From: Octopus sinensis
Lineage: Eukaryota
Assembly (NCBI RefSeq): GCF_006345805.1
Contig: NC_043018.1
Span: forward strand, 6,386,001-6,450,000
Direction: 5' to 3'
Length of the DNA stretch: 64,000 nt
Positions 23,734 through 35,762 of this stretch are shown here, one piece after another. Numbering within the stretch: the first letter of the stretch is position 1; every line of letters starts with the position of its first letter. The translations under genes were made by a program, and so were the position numbers. The notes beneath the pieces were generated by a model. It was not told the DNA's origin. It saw only the letters and a program-made list of their open reading frames with translations, and searched no databases.

Positions 23734-24448
23734 TTCTCTCTCCCACCAACACCACTAACAACATCACCACCACCATCCCCACCTGCACCATCTTACATCA
23801 TCACCAATACCTCTACAACCATCATAATTTTTCCCTTATCCAACACCACACACACACACACACACACACATATACTATAACTGATGGAAATGGCAGAGGT
23901 GAAGGAAAGATGTACGCAGTTGAACAACAGAGATCTATTTCTTGATTTGCAGGCTTTTTGTCGGTTCAATACCTTCTAATGGGAACATTTATTATTAGCT
24001 ATCCTTTTGTCAATTTTCTATCAATAAAACTGTGTGAATATTTTATCCGGTTCTCATAAAAAAACTCATAATGATTATTAATTTATAGTAATGGTACATA
24101 GTAAGAATGGTTCAGTGTTCTGATTGGCTGAAGGAAATGAAGGTGGGAGTGGCTACAGGGTGACTTTTGTGAATGACAAAGGAAGATAATAAACACGAGG
24201 TTTATGTCCACGGGTTTTAACTTCTGCACCTTCCAGCATTGGAGGAGAAGAAGGTGTGAAACAATCATTTGTATTTTATTATTCATTATTGCCATAAAAA
24301 CCATTTTGCTTAGTAAGTATTCTGAAAAATTAGGTATACTGCATAAATGAAGCATAAAATTGACCATTAGTAATATCGGTTGTGATTTGTTGATACAGAA
24401 GCATAAAATATTCAAGAATTAATTATAGCAGAGCAAGAATGATGACCT

Positions 24449-24975
24449 CCATCATCATCATCATTGTTCGACCGTGGTCGAGACAATGGAATTTACTATG
24501 TTACACCAGACTTCATGATCCATCATAGCATTACAGAGGTCCTGTCACTGGATGTCCGTATCCCTGGAGATTACATCAGGGTAGGAGAGTGTGCGCCCTC
24601 TGGTATCGTGAGCAGATGGCTTCCAGAGGAGAAGAGTAGAAATTACCTCGTTTTCAGCTCTACAACAATGTCCAGCAAACTGGACTCTTCTACCTTCCAC
24701 AAGAGATGATACAGGTGGTAGTTTCCCATATATTTGTACTTTGGTTGGATGACGCTTCCACAAGAGATTTTGAGCTCTCATAAGGAGGCGAGTGTAAGTT
24801 CCATCCAACCGCCTCTCAAGCTTCTTTGATAACATCCAGGTTTCTGAGCCATATAGTAGAATCGGTTCGACTGTGGCTTTGAAGATTTGAAGTTTGTTGT
24901 CTCTACTTAGATTTGATGACCAGATCTTATGCATATCATTACAGGCTGACCAGGCCATACCTCGCATGACCTCCT
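24449..24975 (-). mobile_element. RTE/RTEX-group LINE 3' fragment
   Basis: KLQIFKATVEPILLYGSETW, RRVQFAGHC; (GAT)n tail. Confidence 0.85.
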
Positions 24976-25114
24976 GCTGGCTGTAATTTCACCAAAATTT
25001 GATGCATACAGCAGTATTAACAAATCTATGGGAAAGTAGTGTAGAAGTATTGAGACGGATGCTGGTTATACATCTTCAATCATCCTATGTCAGCAGCACT
25101 GGGTTAACCATTAA

Positions 25115-26023
25115 CCCTTTCGTTACCAACCTGGCCAAAACTGGCTCTGACTCTGTAGTGCAAATGTCTTGTTTTCATAAATTCTGAATTCCATCTGTCT
25201 AACACCCGTGGACATGTTTACAAAGTCAGAAAACAGCACAGCTCCCATGACTTTCGGAAACATTTTTTCACGCTAAGAGTTGCTGAAGCATGGAACAAAC
25301 TGCCGGCATCAGTTGTTAGTTGTCGGAGCACTGCATCCTTCAAAACTTCCATGCTTCCTGAGATTCACCAACACTACACCTGATTTTATCCCCTCCATAC
25401 ACACGCAAGCATGTATCTGACTCATACACTGTTTGCTTTCCTGACATTTGTACATTACTGTATATGCTTTATACACACTTTTGACAAGTTGTGGTGCACC
25501 TGAGCACTGTATACAATAATTTCATTATTATTATTTTTTAAAAATCTCCCACCAAACCTTAGTCACAATTTATGTTCCTAACACTAACTTAAAGATAACA
25601 AAGTTATTTTACTAAATTCTTTGTTATATTTAATCCTTTTGATACCAACCTGGCTGAAACCACCCTGGGCTCTGTAGTACAAATGTCTTGTTTTCATAAG
25701 TTCTGAATTAAAATCTCCCACCAAACCTTAGTCACAATTTATGTTCCTGACACTAACTTAAAGATAACTAAGTTATTTTACTAAATTCTTTGTTATATTT
25801 AACCCTTTTGATACCAACCTGGCTGAAACCACCCTGGGCTCTGTAGTACAAATGTCTTGTTTTCATAAGTTCTGAATTAAAATCTCCCACCAAACCTTAG
25901 TCACAATTTATGTTCCTAGCACTAACTTAAAGATAACTAAGTTATTTTACTAAATTCTTTGTTATATTTAAAGTAATTGAAAGAAACACAGAGCATCTCA
26001 ATATAAATACAGTAACTAAAGGG
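25115..26023 (+). mobile_element. piggyBac-type MITE (TTAA target) with internal tandem triplication of about 170 bp
   Basis: TTAA|ccctttcgttacc ... gtaactaaaggg|TTAA; units restart near 25630 and 25800. Confidence 0.8.
25191..25537 (+). mobile_element. CR1-clade LINE 3' fragment
   Basis: NTRGHVYKVRKQHSSHDFRKHFFTLRVAEAWNKLP, same family as 44941-48535; (ATT)n tail. Confidence 0.9.
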
Positions 26024-26320
26024 TTAAGCAGAATAAGTACGTGCTTAGGGTATCAAGGGAAGGAGGGGGCACCACAGAAATGGTAAAAGGTTTACAGCAC
26101 AAAAGAAATCACTTTAAACTTGCTAAAATAATATTCGTAATGCCTTATCTCTTCTAAGTATAAAAGCAGGAGTTTTATGTAAAATTAATTTTAACGATAT
26201 CATTGAAGACTTTGCAATTAAAAAAATTTAAAAAAACAAAGGAGAAAAGTTTACAAATATAAATAAAGTGGAAGCATACGAAAATAAACTTTATTTTCCA
26301 TCTTACTGTTAGTTTTGTTT

Positions 26321-26660
26321 CATCATCATCATCATCATCGTTTAACATCCGTTTTCTGTGCTAGCACGGGTTGGATGGTTCAACCGGGGTCTGGGAAGCC
26401 ATGAGGCTGCACCAGGCTCCAGTCTGATCTGGCAGTGTTTCTACAGCTGGATGCCCTTCCTAACGCCAACCACTCTGTGAGTGTAGTGGGTGCTTTTTAC
26501 GTGCCACCGGCATAGGTGCCAGAGGAGGCTGGCAGCGTCCACGATCGGTTGGTGCTTTTTATGTGCCACTGGCACAGAAGCCAGTCAAGGCGACACTGGC
26601 ATCGGCCATGTTCGGATGGTTCTCTTATGTGCCACCGGCACTGGTATCACAACTACAATT
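26321..26660 (-). mobile_element. RTE 3' tail fragment
   Basis: (CAT)n tail and gatgcccttcctaacgcc. Confidence 0.85.
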
Positions 26661-26914
26661 TTATTTTGAAAAATAAAAATTTATTTTATGGTTTATTATT
26701 GTTTACGTTTTGAATTATTTTTGTTTACATTTTGAACCATTTACGTATACTTGAGGGCCCCAAAATCTTTTAAGTACTTAGGGCCTTTATGGGCCTTAAT
26801 CCAACCATATATGTCAACATTAACCCTTTCATTACCGTATTTCTGTTGAGATGCTCTGTGTTTCCTTCAATTATTTTAAATATAACAAAGAATTTAGTAA
26901 AATAACTTAGTTAT

Positions 26915-27229
26915 TCTATTGTGTCTGGGGAGAGTCATTCTCTTTTAGTGCCTAATTATTTAACACACTCCCCAGTAAAATTTCCACTTATTTCTTATTT
27001 TTATTTTCTAAAATTTTCGTTGCGTCTTGCAACCTTTTCAATAGTCTTGACTCTTGAAAGACTATTGGAAAGGTTGCAAGACGCAACGAAAAGAAATAAG
27101 TGGAAATTTTACCTGTGAGTGTGTTAAATAATAAGGCACTAAAAGAGAATGACTCTCCCCAGACACAACAGAATTTGCTTCGACACATGAACTCATATAA
27201 AGAATCTTGCAAACCATATCCAAAAACGA
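26915..27229 (-). mobile_element. fold-back element (about 130-bp inverted arms plus unique tail), probably a PLE terminal repeat
   Basis: Arms 26915-27047 and 27058-27175; 11-bp flanking duplication aacttagttat (26904-26914, 27230-27240). Confidence 0.6.
27008..27044 (-). ncRNA. minimal hammerhead-like motif with U3:A8 core
   Basis: CUA-UUGAAAA-G-GUUGC AAGAC GCAAC-GAAA-AU-UU-UAG; palindromic AAUU stem III. Confidence 0.5.
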
Positions 27230-27787
27230 AACTTAGTTATCATTAAGCTAGTGTTAGGAACATAAATTGTGACTAAGGTTTCTTTGGTGGAAGATTTTAA
27301 TTCAAAACTTAAGGAAACAAGACATTTGTGCTACAGAGCCCAGGGGCATTTTTGGCCGGGTTGGTAACAAAAGGGTTAAACTATGAACATTATCTTGTAT
27401 CTTTTTCTATCTTAGCATGGAAGTGACACCGTTGGGTCACATATCTTCCTCCTCCTACACCTCATCTTCATCATCATCGTCATCACCATCAACTATTTGA
27501 TGTTTGCAGATACAACTTGTATGCTTATTGCCATATGTTATTGTAGTCATTACAAGCATGAACACACACTTGCTCTGGTTCCTTGATTTTGTTCGTTTGT
27601 CTAATGACAGAGGCACTGTGAGGGGATTCTTGTAGCAGATAGCCTTCCTCGAATTTGAACCTGGATTGTTTAAACTTGAAAATCAAAACTACTGGCAACT
27701 AACATTAATTAATATCTTTGGTAATATTGACTTGAGACAATTTTGGCCTTTTCTCTGAAATCTATTATAATTATCTGGTGTTGACTT

Positions 27788-28435
27788 CTTGAGCAAGACA
27801 CTTTATTTCACGTTGCTCCAGTTCACTCAGCTGTAGAAATGAGTTGTGTTGTCGCTTGTGCCAAGCTGGCAGAAATGTTAGCACGCTGGGCGAAATGCGT
27901 CGCCGTATTTCGTCTGCCGCTACATTCTCAGTTCAAATTCCGCCGAGGTCGACTTTGCCTTTCATCCTTTCGGGGTTGATTAAATAAGTACCAGTTACGC
28001 ACTGGGGTCGATGTAATCGACTTAATACCTATGTCTGTCCTTGTTTGTCCCCTTGAGGGTAATAGAGAAATAGGTATTTCGTCTGCCGCTACATTCTGAG
28101 TTCAAATTCCGCCGAGGTCGACTTTGCCTTTCATCCTTTCGGGGTCGATTAAATAAGTACCAGTTACGCACTGGGGTCGATGTAATCGACTTAATCCGTT
28201 TGTCTGTCCTTGTTTGTCCCCTCTGTGTTTAGCCCCTTGTGGGCAGTAAAGAAATATGCATCAATCTTTGCCTTTCCTTTGGATAACACTGATGGTGTGG
28301 AGAGGGGACACCGGTATGTGTGGGCAACTGCTGGTCTTCCATAAACAACCTTGCCTGGACTTGTGCCTCGGAGGATAACTTTCTAGGTGCAATCCCATGG
28401 TCATTCAAGACTGAAGGGGGTTTTTATCCTTTACC
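27788..28435 (+). mobile_element. SINE family D body and tail, split by a SINE B dimer; extra tail copy at 28448-28590
   Basis: cttgagcaagacactttatttcacgttgctccagttcactcagctg; resumes at 28258; tttacc tail. Confidence 0.6.
27866..28257 (+). mobile_element. SINE B dimer
   Basis: Junction gagaaata|ggtatttcg at 28072/28073. Confidence 0.9.
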
Positions 28436-28769
28436 CTATGTACATATAATGGTGTGGAGAGAGAAGACTGGTATGTGTGGGTAACTGTTGGTCTTCCATA
28501 AAAACAACCTTGCCTGGACTGGTACCTCGGAGGGTAACTTTCAAGGTGCAATCTCATGGTCATTCATGACCGAAGGGAGTCTTTTCACTTTTATTTTTAT
28601 TTTTTACAGCCAATTATCTTTGCCTTTACACATTTAATTTTCACACCTTAAAATCTCAAAGAATACTCTAGAACTTTTTATCGAGCTTATAAAGATAACA
28701 AATTTCAGTTTTATGTGGCACCGGTATAGGTGATTTTTACATGGCACCAGCACTTATCCCATGTATACT

Positions 28770-28888
28770 CTTACTCTTTTACTTGTTTCAGTCAATTGAC
28801 TGTGGCAATGCTGGAGCACCGCCTTATTCTAGGACTTATTCTTTGTATGCCTAGTACTTATTTTATCGGTCTCTTTTGCCGAACCGCT
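28770..28888 (-). mobile_element. SINE A 3' fragment
   Basis: cttttacttgtttcagtc..cttttgccgaaccgctaa. Confidence 0.7.
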
Positions 28889-28889
28889 A

Positions 28890-29022
28890 ATATTATTTAG
28901 CAAGTTTAAAGTGATTTCTTCTATGTAGTAAACCATTTACCATTTCTGTAGTTCCCCTTGCCCCGCATTTCCTCGATGCATTAAACACATTCTTATTTTG
29001 CTGAATGGTTAGTCCAGCTTTG
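28890..29022 (-). mobile_element. hAT non-autonomous left-end fragment
   Basis: Homologous to 6830-6938. Confidence 0.6.
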
Positions 29023-29117
29023 CATACAGCCATAGAAAATCTACCTCAGTAAATGCTGTCCAACCCATCCAAGCATGGAAAAGTAGATGCTAAAATGGTG
29101 ATGATGTTAATGATGAT

Positions 29118-29303
29118 ACTCTTTTACTTGTTTCAGTCATTTGACTGTGGCCATGCTGGAGCACCACCTTTAGTCGAGCAAATCGACCCCCAGGACTATC
29201 CTAGTACTTATTCTATCAGTCTCTTTTGACAAACCGCTAAGTTACGGGGATGTAAACACACCAGCATCGGTTGTCAAGTGATGCTGGAGGGACAAACAAA
29301 TAT

Positions 29304-29348
<45 letters not shown>

Positions 29349-29505
29349 ATGGGCTTCTTTCAGTTCCCGTCTACTAAATCCACTCAAGGCTTTGGTTGGC
29401 CTGAGGCTACAGTAGAAGACACTTGCCCAAGGTGCCACGCAGTAGGACTGAACCCGGAACCATGTGGTTGGTGAGCAAGCTACTTACCACACAGCCACTC
29501 CTACG
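29118..29505 (-). mobile_element. SINE A, full length
   Basis: Both halves plus internal microsatellite. Confidence 0.85.
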
Positions 29506-29878
29506 GCTATATGATAATACAACAAATTATACATTATACAAAAAAATATTTAGTGTTATTAATAAGCATTGTTGAAGATAATTCTTTCCATACAACTTGG
29601 CATTACAATGGATTATTTCAACATATTTAATCATAACAAAACTACAATATTGATTTGCTGCTTTGAAAATTAAAAGAAACAAATAACACAATCTGTATTT
29701 CTTTTTACAGTATAAACAACTAAATTTGATATCCATCGATTTACTATTCTCCATATAAATTATTTTGCAATTTAATTTCAGATATATTCATTATTATATA
29801 ACCAGACACAAACAATCAATATATCAGTATATATATATATATATATATACACACAGATATATATAGAAAGGTAGATAA

Positions 29879-29910
<32 letters not shown>

Positions 29911-29927
29911 ATACATATATGTATGTG

Positions 29928-30087
29928 TAGGTGTTCCTGTGTGGTAAGAAGCTTGCTTCCTAACTACATGGTTCTGGGTTCAGTCCCACTGTGTGGCACC
30001 TTGGGCAAGTGTCTTCTACTATAGCCGTGGGCTGACAAAGTCTTGTGAGTGGATTTGGTAGATGAAAACTGAAAGAAGCCTGTTGTA
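29928..30087 (+). mobile_element. SINE A 5' half
   Basis: gtggtaagaagcttgc..gaaagaagcc. Confidence 0.75.
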
Positions 30088-30307
30088 TAAATATATATAT
30101 ATATTTATCATCACCTTCTTCAATCTAGACACCTTATGTTGAACCTGAACGAAAATATCCTCTCATAAAGTCACACCTGCAATATCCTGGGCCTCAGAAA
30201 ACTAGGACAATACAGCATTAGAAACCTCGAGGTCACCACAGATGCTAGGCACCACCATTATGGATGGCTCCTCCTTGTAAACAAACATTCTCAGTCTAAC
30301 AAAACCT

Positions 30308-30538
30308 ATTTCCTTTATTACCCACAGGGGCCACACACAGAGGGGACAAACAAGGACAGACAAACAGATTAAGTCGATTACATCGACCCCAGTTCATAAC
30401 TGGTACTTATTTAATCGACCCCAAAAGTATGAAAGCCAAAGTCGACCTCAGCGGAATTTGAACTCAGAATGTAGCAGCCGACGAAATACCACCAGGCATT
30501 TCGTCCGGCGGGCTAATGTTTCTGCCAGCTCACCGCTT
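30308..30538 (-). mobile_element. SINE B monomer
   Basis: Full head to tail 1. Confidence 0.85.
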
Positions 30539-30749
30539 TAATATATTGGCAGATCCTGTCATTTGCGAGAAGTGACTCAATAGATTGCAGTGTGGTAGCT
30601 GCTCTACTAAGCATGTCACTCCGAACGGCAAGTCGAGTCATATGCAAAACCTGGTCTTCCACTTTCGTTGTCAAAAGATATTTCATTTTCCTTAATAATT
30701 AACATACATCTACGAAATTGAAATCCCAAATAATGTAATAATGTTTTGC

Positions 30750-30965
30750 AGTAAAGGTCAAGTGCGTGCACCGCCCCCCCCCACCTTTTGTTTTTGTTTT
30801 TTATTTCTCAAAATTTCTTTGGATTTCTGCATTTGATATAGGAGAATATGATTTTTACCCAAAAATCACATTTTCAAAATTTTTATTTCCGCCCCCCCGC
30901 CAACCCCAATTTCTTAACTTTTACGATTTTTAAAAAAAATCCACGTAGAAAAATACAGATATTAC
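30750..30965 (+). repeat. DNA-transposon-like terminal repeat, with an inverted counterpart at 32819-32940
   Basis: aggtcaagtgcgtgca..ccacgtagaaaaatacag versus ctgtatttttctacgtg..tgcacgcactttaccc. Confidence 0.45.
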
Positions 30966-30997
30966 AAATCTGGTTTTTTTTTTAAATATTAATTTTT

Positions 30998-31159
30998 CAG
31001 GAGTGGCTGTGTGGTAAGTAGCTTGCTAACCAACCACATGGTTCCAGGTTCAGTCCCACTGCATGGCACCTTGGGCAAGTGTCTTTTACTATAAGCCTCG
31101 GGCCGACCAAAGCCTTGTGAGTGGATTTGGTAGACGGAAACTGAAAGAAGCCCGTCGTA

Positions 31160-31220
<61 letters not shown>

Positions 31221-31435
31221 GCGTGTGTTTGTGTGTCTGTGTTTGTCCCCCTAGCATTACTTGACAACCGATGCTGATGTGTTTATGTCCTCGTCACTTA
31301 GCGGTTCGGCAAAAAGAGACCGATAGAATAAGTACTGGGCTTACAAAAAGAATAAGTCCCGGGGTCGAGTTGCTTGATTAAATGCGGTGCTCCAGCATGG
31401 CCGCAGTCAAATGACTGAAACAAGTAAAAGAGTAA
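30998..31435 (+). mobile_element. SINE A, full length
   Basis: Close to family consensus. Confidence 0.9.
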
Positions 31436-32353
31436 ACACTCAATGACCCTTTCCCTACCCATCCCCTCCCCACTTTCAAAAAAGCTAAAAACTCCAAATG
31501 TTTCACTCTCATCTGATGTTTTAGACATACGTAGAAGAGGTGGGGGAAAGAGGAGGCGCAAATGTCACCTCCGACATGCTAGAAACAATAGTTAAACAAC
31601 ATGATTTCTGAAAAAAAACTTCCTTTTTGCCAGTGGCTTGTTAAAGAGTTCTTTCCCTTGTACTATTATTATGACAGCCATTGTGCAGAGTTGCTTCCCC
31701 TCCACAATAAGTTGGTTAGAACTAAAAGACCAATGGTGTTTCTCCATCGCGAAAGCCTTCATTAGCAAGGCTGACGACCAGTTCTAATGATATAGGGAGC
31801 TGAATACTGCGTAGCCAATATTCATCATATAGTAAAATACGTATACGCATGTATATATATATATATATTACTCAAAGAAATTCCAACTTTGTTTCACGTT
31901 TTATTTACAATCTTATAATAATATAATATAATGAAATGATAGAATATTAAATGTCCATTCCGATTGAACTAGTATTTTCATGCATTAAACTATGCCATCT
32001 TCGGGTTCATGTAATAATGGTGACGGTTATGTTTAACATCCGCTTTCCATGCTGGCATGGGTTGGACGACTTGACTGAGGACTGGTGAACCAGATGGCTG
32101 CACCAGGCTCCAGGATTAGTGATCCTCATCAAGTGTAGTCATAGACTTGACTGAGTGTGACTCAGAAGAACCTGAGAAGAAAGAAAACAAAATTATGAGG
32201 GGGAAAACAGCAACAAATAATAAGCAAAGAAAATAAAATACAATATCATCTGATATCATCATCATCATCACTATAAACGTTTTGACATCCATTTTCCATA
32301 AATGGCATAGGTAGTACAGTTCAACAGGAACCAGTGAGCCAGAGGACTTTGCT

Positions 32354-32818
32354 GGAATCTTTTCGGTTTGAACGGCAGTTTTTTCTAGCGGTGTCATATG
32401 AAATTGTCACCCATAATTATGACCCTAGTATCGATCTATTGCATTTCAATCTGTTTTAGGGTTAGGGGTGGGGGAAGGGTATCTTTTTTTCTTCAGAAAT
32501 GTAAATAAACCCAATCTGTTTCTTAAACGAGGGACATATTCATACGGCACAGAGTGTTTTTTTTTACCTCAATAGACGTCAGTGATTGGTTGAAATTGCA
32601 GAAATTGAAGAAAAACAACAACAAATATCTTACAAACCATAGAATTTTCTCAACAAAGCCAAGAGAAAAAGATATTTTATAAACACATTCTGCCCCTAAC
32701 TCTAACCCTAACCCTAAAACAGATTGAAATGCAATAGATCGATACTAGGGTCATAATTATGGGTGACAATTTCATATGACACCGCTAGAAAGAACTGCCG
32801 TTCAAACCGAAAAGATCC
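32354..32818. mobile_element. Merlin-type MITE with two left ends
   Basis: Both termini carry the left subterminal block (ctagcggtgtcatatgaaattgtcacc); no TSD. Confidence 0.75.
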
Positions 32819-33510
32819 CTGTATTTTTCTACGTGAATTTAAAGATAAATTCGGTAAAAGTTAAAAATTGGGGGGAAATAAAAATTTTTGAAAAAAAAAA
32901 AAAGCGCCCCAAAGTGGGTGGTTTGCACGCACTTTACCCATAAGGAATGGTGCTACAACACACAGAGAGATTGTTGGTCCCATCCAAACATAATTCTAAC
33001 ACCTAGTTGCCCACAGGCAGTGCCGTCTCCTTTCATTCTCTTTCTGTTGTTACTAACGTTTGTTTCCCTAAGCTAATTGATCTCGTATCACCTAAATTCA
33101 AGAACTTCCGACCCTTACTGTTTTTTCCTCTAGATATTATGTCTATCCTTGCAGTCCATGCACTAACCACTATGCTTGGTTATTCACCCACAGAACGCCG
33201 ATCTCCGTCTAGAATTCTATAAAGAAGGGTATGGCTGTTATATCTAGCAGTTCTCGCAGAAGTTCCCTATTTTGACCTGGGGCTAAAGCAAACTAGCCAT
33301 TATATCCGCAGAAAGACACACGTAGAAAAAACGCACAAACCTACATAATACATTCAACACTTACAGACCAATGTACCTTAAAAACTCATTCACATTTAAA
33401 TATAGAATTACAAATTCAAAAAATACTTTCATTTATGTTTTTTAGATTTATTAAAAATAAAACAACCGAAAAAGCTCAGGAAAATCATTTTCAAATCTCA
33501 AAGCTCGAAT

Positions 33511-33542
33511 CTGATTGGCTGAGAGCGTTTACCGCCATACTT
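33511..33542 (+). promoter_or_regulatory. candidate promoter: NF-Y box ctgattggctg plus YY1-like ccgccatactt
   Basis: Consensus-like motifs 10 bp apart in unique sequence, followed by a (CT)-rich leader. Confidence 0.45.
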
Positions 33543-34143
33543 AACTCTCTCTCGCTCGTTCTCACTCTCCTCTCTTTCATTTTTCTCTCACTCACTCCCT
33601 ATTTCCCTCTTACCCTCTCTCTATCCCCCTCCGTTGTTACCTTATCATCTCTCTCTTCCAATTACTGTTATCTATTATTGTTATTGTCGCTGGCCTTTAA
33701 ATTTATATATACACACACATATATACATATGTATACGTCTGTATATGTATATATATATTTATTTGTTTTTGTTATCATCCCGTGCTTTAAAGAAAACATA
33801 TACAGACAACAAAAACACAGCAAAAGCCAGCATTTAAAGTCAACTAATTTAGCCCATTTCTAAAGCCTTAAAGAAACCCCTTTATATATATATTATATAT
33901 AAATATATACATACATATATACATGTATATTTTTAGCTCTATACAGTTTTTCTACACACCTATAAGCTATTGTATATAAATATATATATATATGTGTATG
34001 TATAATATATATATATAAATATCTGTATATGTATTTAATTACTGAAGTACTGTACAGACTTCGACGGATTTATTTTAAAGATATTTCTTTATATATATAT
34101 ATATAAATATAAATATATAACATTTTTGTGGTCGACCGCGAAA

Positions 34144-34152
34144 GAGGTGAGT
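34144..34152 (+). promoter_or_regulatory. candidate 5' splice donor GAG|GTGAGT
   Basis: Strong donor consensus after a CpG-containing unique segment. Confidence 0.35.
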
Positions 34153-35267
34153 CTATTTTTACTAAAAAAAGTTTTTCCTTCGTTTTTTTCTCTCTTCGTT
34201 TCCTTGGTTTGTTTAGAATTTCAAAGTTGGTTCCACACCAATTAATTAGGCTCAGTTGGTTGTTTACAACTGGAGGAAGTTCATACATACTCAATATACT
34301 TATATATACTTTCATCCACGTGTTATTTAGGTGCACATATATACACACACACTTGCATTCTTATATAATATACTTTTATATATATTATTATATATATATA
34401 TATACACACCGTGTGCATATGCAAGTTATATATATATATATATATATATATTTTGTCTCTGGGGAAACAAAAGATTGCTATAGTTACTATAACCAAAATA
34501 TCCAAGTATGCTATGTGTATATAGATATATAGTAGTGTGTATATATATATATAGATATATAGTAGTGTATATATATATAGTAGTATGTATATACAGACAC
34601 ACATGGTGTACTTGCATAATTTACATGGTGATTACTACGTCTTTACTGATGCCGTATCACTCTTGTGCTTTCTTCTCGCTGCCAGTGGCATCTCTGACTC
34701 TCCGTCCATGACCTCTCACACGTATAATTACTTGTGCATGGTTTTTGCAGCGTAGATGACATACGGAAGTTGTAATTTCCATTACAATCAAAGTTAATTA
34801 ACCCCTATATTTGCACAACATGCTTGCACATATATACTTACATAATTGCATATACTTGCACACACACACACCACAGACACATATAAAGTATACTTGCATA
34901 TATTTATGCATACATCGTGTGTATGCCAGTCCTTAATTAATCTTTTAAAAGTTACTATAGAAAGAATCTTTAACAGAATATTACATCCGCCTCAAAAACC
35001 ACTTTCTTTTTTAATTATTCGTGAAGTTAAAGAAAAAAAACATTTGCTATGGCAAATCTGAACAATTCTGTTTTATTTTAAATATATTTCAAATAATAAA
35101 CCCGGTGCTTTGGGCGCGATTCGGACAGGTAAAAGTTTGGTTTTACTCTTGTTGATCCGTCCTTACCATTCATGCTTCTGTCTTTGAATTCTTTAAATAT
35201 TAATCAACGCTACCGTTTGACTTTGGACTTGGACCGATTCTACGTTGTTGCTTCTTGGTAAATGGTT

Positions 35268-35306
<39 letters not shown>

Positions 35307-35597
35307 ATAATATATTGTGGTGGTTGTTATGGTTTAGTCGATGATCCAAAATTCGTCTAGCAGAGGTCTCTAACCTTGGTTTTGGGGGTATTTGATGTCT
35401 CCCAAATTATTACCCTATCCTTTATATATATGTATATCCGGATCGGTGAATGTCGGAGGAAATAAATAATAGCGTGTAAATATTGGATAAAAGACCCTTT
35501 GGATAGGAAAAAAGTCGATAGCTGTCCCTGGGGCACGAACTCACATCAGTAAACATGACCGGCATTCTACGTCAACTCTCTATATTTATGCTTTATG

Positions 35598-35762
35598 ACG
35601 TTCTGGGTTCAAATTCTGCCGAGGTCGACTTTGCCTTTCATCCTTTCGGGGTCGATAAATTAAGTACCAGTTACGCACTGGGGTCGATGTAATCGACTTA
35701 ATACCTATGTCTGTCCTTGTTTGTCCTCTCTGTGTTTAACCCCTTGTGGGTAATAAAGAAAC
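35598..35762 (+). mobile_element. 5'-truncated SINE B with 14-bp TSD
   Basis: atttatgctttatg at 35584-35597 and 35763-35776. Confidence 0.9.

Larger units (their letters stand above)
25094..26809 (+). mobile_element. non-autonomous hAT element hosting nested insertions
   Basis: Left TIR cagcactgggttaa, degenerate right TIR; flanks tatgtcag / tatgtcaa (7 of 8 TSD match); body homologous to 6556-6938. Confidence 0.7.
26824..27375 (-). mobile_element. piggyBac-type MITE with a fold-back insertion
   Basis: TTAA at 26820-26823 and 27376-27379; TIR ccctttcattacc / ggtaacaaaaggg. Confidence 0.8.

Noticed and set aside
31769-31816. Hammerhead-like CUGACGA with a long stem II
   Set aside because: GAAU instead of GAAA, inverted 15.1/16.1 pair and G at the cleavage position.
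32696-32716. Interstitial telomere or chromosome fusion site
   Set aside because: The short TTAGGG run is part of the Merlin-type MITE consensus.
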